DNA of 64,000 nt from Octopus vulgaris. Lineage: Eukaryota. The stretch spans positions 6,944,001 through 7,008,000 of the forward strand of contig OX597832.1 of the NCBI GenBank assembly GCA_951406725.2, read 5' to 3'. Below, piece after piece: positions 60,020 through 64,000 of the stretch (positions are counted from its first letter, which is position 1; each line of letters starts with the position of its first letter). The notes under the pieces were generated by a model, which was not told where the DNA came from, did not search any database, and saw only the letters and a list, made by a program, of their open reading frames with translations. Position numbers and translations under genes: made by a program.

Positions 60020-62485
60020 ATGTATGTTGTATATCTATCTATCTATATATGTATATCTATCTATGCTATATATATATATATATCAATCATCATCATTGTT
60101 TAACGTCCGCTTTCCATGCTAGCATGGGTTGGACGGTTCAACTGGGGTCTGGGAAGCCAGGAGGCTGCACCAGGCCTCAGTCTGATCTGGCACAGCTGGA
60201 TGCCTTCCTAACATCAACCACTCCGTGAGTGTAGTGGATGCTTTTTATGTACCAGCCTCTTCTGGCACGTAAAAAGCATCCACTACACTCACGGAGTGGT
60301 TGGCGTTAGGAAGGGCATCCAGCTGTAGAACTTCCCATATATATATTTAAAATCCTTTTGTAGAAATGTGTGCAGATCTGATCCACAAAATTGTAGACAT
60401 AAAACCTGAATAACAATAATGACTATATTAGTATAGCTATAGTCTTTATATGCAGTATTGGCTTAGTAGAACAAAACTGCTTTCCAAGATAAAACCATAG
60501 AGAAATAAGCCTAACATAAAACCAGCATTGCAGTTTAATGCAACAATTTCAATTATACAGAGACTTGTTACTATCAGTCACAAAAATGTTAGACCTTACA
60601 ATCTTTGATGAGCTTTTATCATCACATACCAAAAGCTAGAAGAAAGCACTTCAGCACCAAATAGTTTCTGGTCCTTTGCAAAGTATAAGCAAATATATCC
60701 AACTGAGTTATGCTCACACATCGAGGACAGTGTTGCTGCTATTCTAGACTGCATTAAAAAAAATTACTGATTTAGGAAACTGACTACAACCACTAACCCA
60801 TTGTATTCTTCATTTCTTTTTCCATTACTACAGTTCATGCACCTTTGTCCCATCATCAAAAAAGAAACTCCTTCACACAATTATTACAACTTTCTAGAAC
60901 TTCCTATTGCCCCATGTTTTTCCAATGGGCATCAACTATAACAACAATTTGGGAAGACCTGCAAAGATTATAAGCATCATCCTTCATCCAGATACCTACA
61001 ATAATGTGATGTTTCTTAATGATCTTTAATTACAGCAGGATATATTTGTCACAAACTGTGCAAAGCTAATGAGAAAAATTAACCCAACGCATTAAGCATC
61101 CAGTTACATATTTAATAAGATACAACTGAACTGCAAGTCATGCTTGTTTACCATCTGGTTGCCTGATATTTAATCTACCAATTAGTAGTGTGTGTGTGTT
61201 TACTCATGCCCATTATGTGCAATAAAGATGATTAGCTACTATGGTACATTCACTACTGCCTAAATTCTTTGAAATAAAGACAAGACATTTAGTTGAGCTA
61301 TGGACCCGCTGGCTTGACACCATCAAGAGTGATACTGGAATCGATATAGCCAATCTGAAAGAAGCGGCCTAGGATAGAACTGACTGGAGGACACTGATCC
61401 AACGATTAACCGAGAGTCGACTTCGACCGAGTGGATAGATAGATGGAACATCCATTATTTATATTTTGTAGGAAGGTCAACAGGTCATTTAGTTGGCTCA
61501 ATACTGAGTAAAGTGAGATGTATGTATGTTAAAACTGTTGATCTATACATTGTATAATATATTAAATGAAAAGAGGAGCATACATTTTATTCAATTAATC
61601 CCTTGCAATACAATTTGTGCAAGTAAATGGTAAACTAAATGTTTATCACCTGGAGATTTTCTATGGGTACCCCTCGTTATATACATGAGGAAGTGCTGAA
61701 AAGTTCCTGGTTTTAAGGGTATCGGAAAAGGTTTGGTTGGCGGCCCAACCTTTCAAGTTCTTTTATAGAGCTTAAAGACCACTGCAATAAGTGTGCGAAT
61801 CTGAGAGGGGAATATCATCATCATTTAATGTCCGTTGACCATGCTGGCATGGGTTTGATGGCTTGACCAGAGTCCAGTCTAATTTGGCATGGTTTTCTAT
61901 GGCTAGACACCCTTCCTAATGCCAACAACTCCAAAAGTCTAATGGGTGCCGAATAAAATCATAATTAACTGATCCTCCTGCATTTTCTTTTACCCAAAGC
62001 CAGGAACTTTACATATACACACACACACACACACATACATATATATATATAAGAAAAGAAAATAGAGAGGTAATTAATAAATTATGCTTTAGTCAATAAA
62101 TAATAATTTATTAATTATATCTCTATTTTCTTATCTTATAATAAATAAATATATATATAAACCACCATTTATACGGTTGAGTACTAACTGCAATGTTCAA
62201 CATTCTTTGTATAGGTAACTAACCAATACTTTCATAGGATTTTGCTATCCCTGAATGAGGTTTGTAACCTGTATTTGTGTGTGTGTGTAAAAAGCACCCA
62301 CTACACTCACGGAGTGGTTGGCGTTAGGAAGGGCATCCAGCCGTAGAAACACTGCCAGATCAGACTGGGCCTGATGCAGCCTTCTGGCTTCACAGACCCC
62401 AGTTGAACCGTCCAACCCATGCTAGCATGGAAAGCGGACGCTAAATGATGATGATGATGATGATATATATATATACACACACATA

Positions 62486-63335
62486 GGGGAGAGGGCAAAA
62501 TGAGTAATTTCTGATTTTTTGTTATTTGCTCCCTATCTGATTGAAATCATCACATTACAAGTATTAACTCATGATTTTGTACTGTTGTATTATCTTTGGG
62601 AATAAAAAATTGGTCAGCATAGTTGTTGCTGTTAGTTGAGAGAGTTAGAAATATAGTCTGGTGATAGGTACTTTTTTTTTTAAAGAAATTTTTCAACTTT
62701 TACCTGGGGTTGCTAAAAAATATCTGGATAACTTTTGGTGTTTAACAATCAACACTCTTTTCTCTTGGATCCCGTGTCAATTTTTTCCCACACTAATATC
62801 TAATTTGATGTCTAAATTGGAGCAAAATGAGAGTGCTAAATCTCAATAATTTCTTCTCTTTAACTATATGGTGCATAAATAGAGCTGGAAGAGAGCCATT
62901 TCAGCAGATTGTGAAGAAGCTATAGAGAATATTTTAAGTTCAGTTTTTAGATTTAGACAAGTTTTGTGAATTTCATATAATGCGCCATTTTTCCATGATC
63001 CTCTTTCATTTGACTGGGATATTTAAAATTTTTGCGGTATTTCTGATGTCAAAGGATGAATATTGATGTGTATGAGTCTGTTTTCAAATGTAATTCTGAG
63101 GAATTAAAGAAGCAAATATACCTTGCCTCACTCGCTTTGCTCCAGCTAAAGTTGTCTTTTATATGCTCCAAGAGAACAGTGATAATCTTCTGAAATAATG
63201 TTCTGAATATGTTGTAGTGTTTTAAATACATTTTAGAGGTCATTTGCTTAGCTTATATAGTTTTTGTAAGGTAGTAAACAGTTGTAATTTTTTTAATTTT
63301 TAAATCTTACTCATTTTGCCCCTCGTCCACACACC
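62486..63335. mobile_element. TA-flanked DNA transposon relic (Tc1/pogo-like?)
   Basis: Inverted ends gggcaaaatgagtaa (62493-62507) / ttactcattttgccc (63307-63321); no intact transposase. Confidence 0.6.
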
Positions 63336-64000
63336 TATACATAAACAAAACACATAATCGAGGAGGTGTTGAAAAGTTTCCGGCTTTGGATAAAAGAAAA
63401 TACAGGAGGATTAGTTAATTAAGATTTTATTTAACATGTTCCCCTCTCACATTCACACATTTATTGCTGCGGTCCTTCAGTCTTTCTAAGCTCTCTAAAA
63501 GAACTCGGAAGACCGGGGCTTCAACCAGGCCTTTCGCGACACCTTTAAAGGCAGGAAATTTTCAGCACCCACCGTCCTGTATGTGCGTGTATATATACAT
63601 ACATATATATATACATACATATTTATATATATATATATTAGTTCGTTTAGATAACACTGTTTAGCCAATACATTTAGTTTCCAACTTTTCCAAAAGCTCA
63701 GAATAGGCTTCTCATAAACAAGATTGAGTCTTGAAGCCTTTTCGAATTTGTACCACAGCACTGCATCAGGTCCAATATAGAAGGGAAGAATTAATGTAGA
63801 TACATACATATATCTTCGATAAAATACGGATATGAAAGTCAGCTTTAGAAAAATTTAAACCTGTTATGCAAATCATTTTTTAATGCAATTTCTATGTGTT
63901 TAATTTTTTCTAGTTTTTAAGAAATTTATAATTAATATTTTAACCGAATCTATGTTGTTATTTTATTAACGCAGGCAATAGTGCATAATTTTATTTTTAC

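Noticed and set aside
54534-64000. Search for UBE3C coding exon 1 (expected MFSFEG..SLGG-like peptide) and promoter
   Set aside because: No matching peptide with a donor site was found by eye; it probably lies beyond the window.

Overview
AT-rich eukaryotic genomic DNA, most likely an octopus, judged from the tRNA-derived SINE and RTE families and the dense (TA)n/(TAA)n/(CAT)n tracts. The window is mostly the minus-strand gene for the HECT E3 ligase UBE3C. I traced 23 GT-AG coding exons (54533 down to 2724) that join in phase into 1069 codons plus a stop, with an IQ motif, a HECT domain and the catalytic Cys. The first coding exon was not found and probably lies beyond 64000. The introns are filled with SINEs, RTE and CR1-like LINEs, Tc1/mariner, piggyBac and MITEs. 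The most interesting signal is a set of short islands embedded in (TA)n tracts that carry minimal hammerhead-ribozyme (HHR) motifs of the kind known from Penelope-like elements. Three are fold-back palindromes in which the antisense copy of the ribozyme always precedes the sense copy. The cores include non-canonical variants (G3:C8 swap; U4C), a long-stem-II form, and a permuted GAAA-before-CUGA arrangement shared by two unrelated families. There is also a ~500-bp-arm hairpin about 200 nt from the IQ exon. All RNA structures were read by eye and need folding and cleavage tests.
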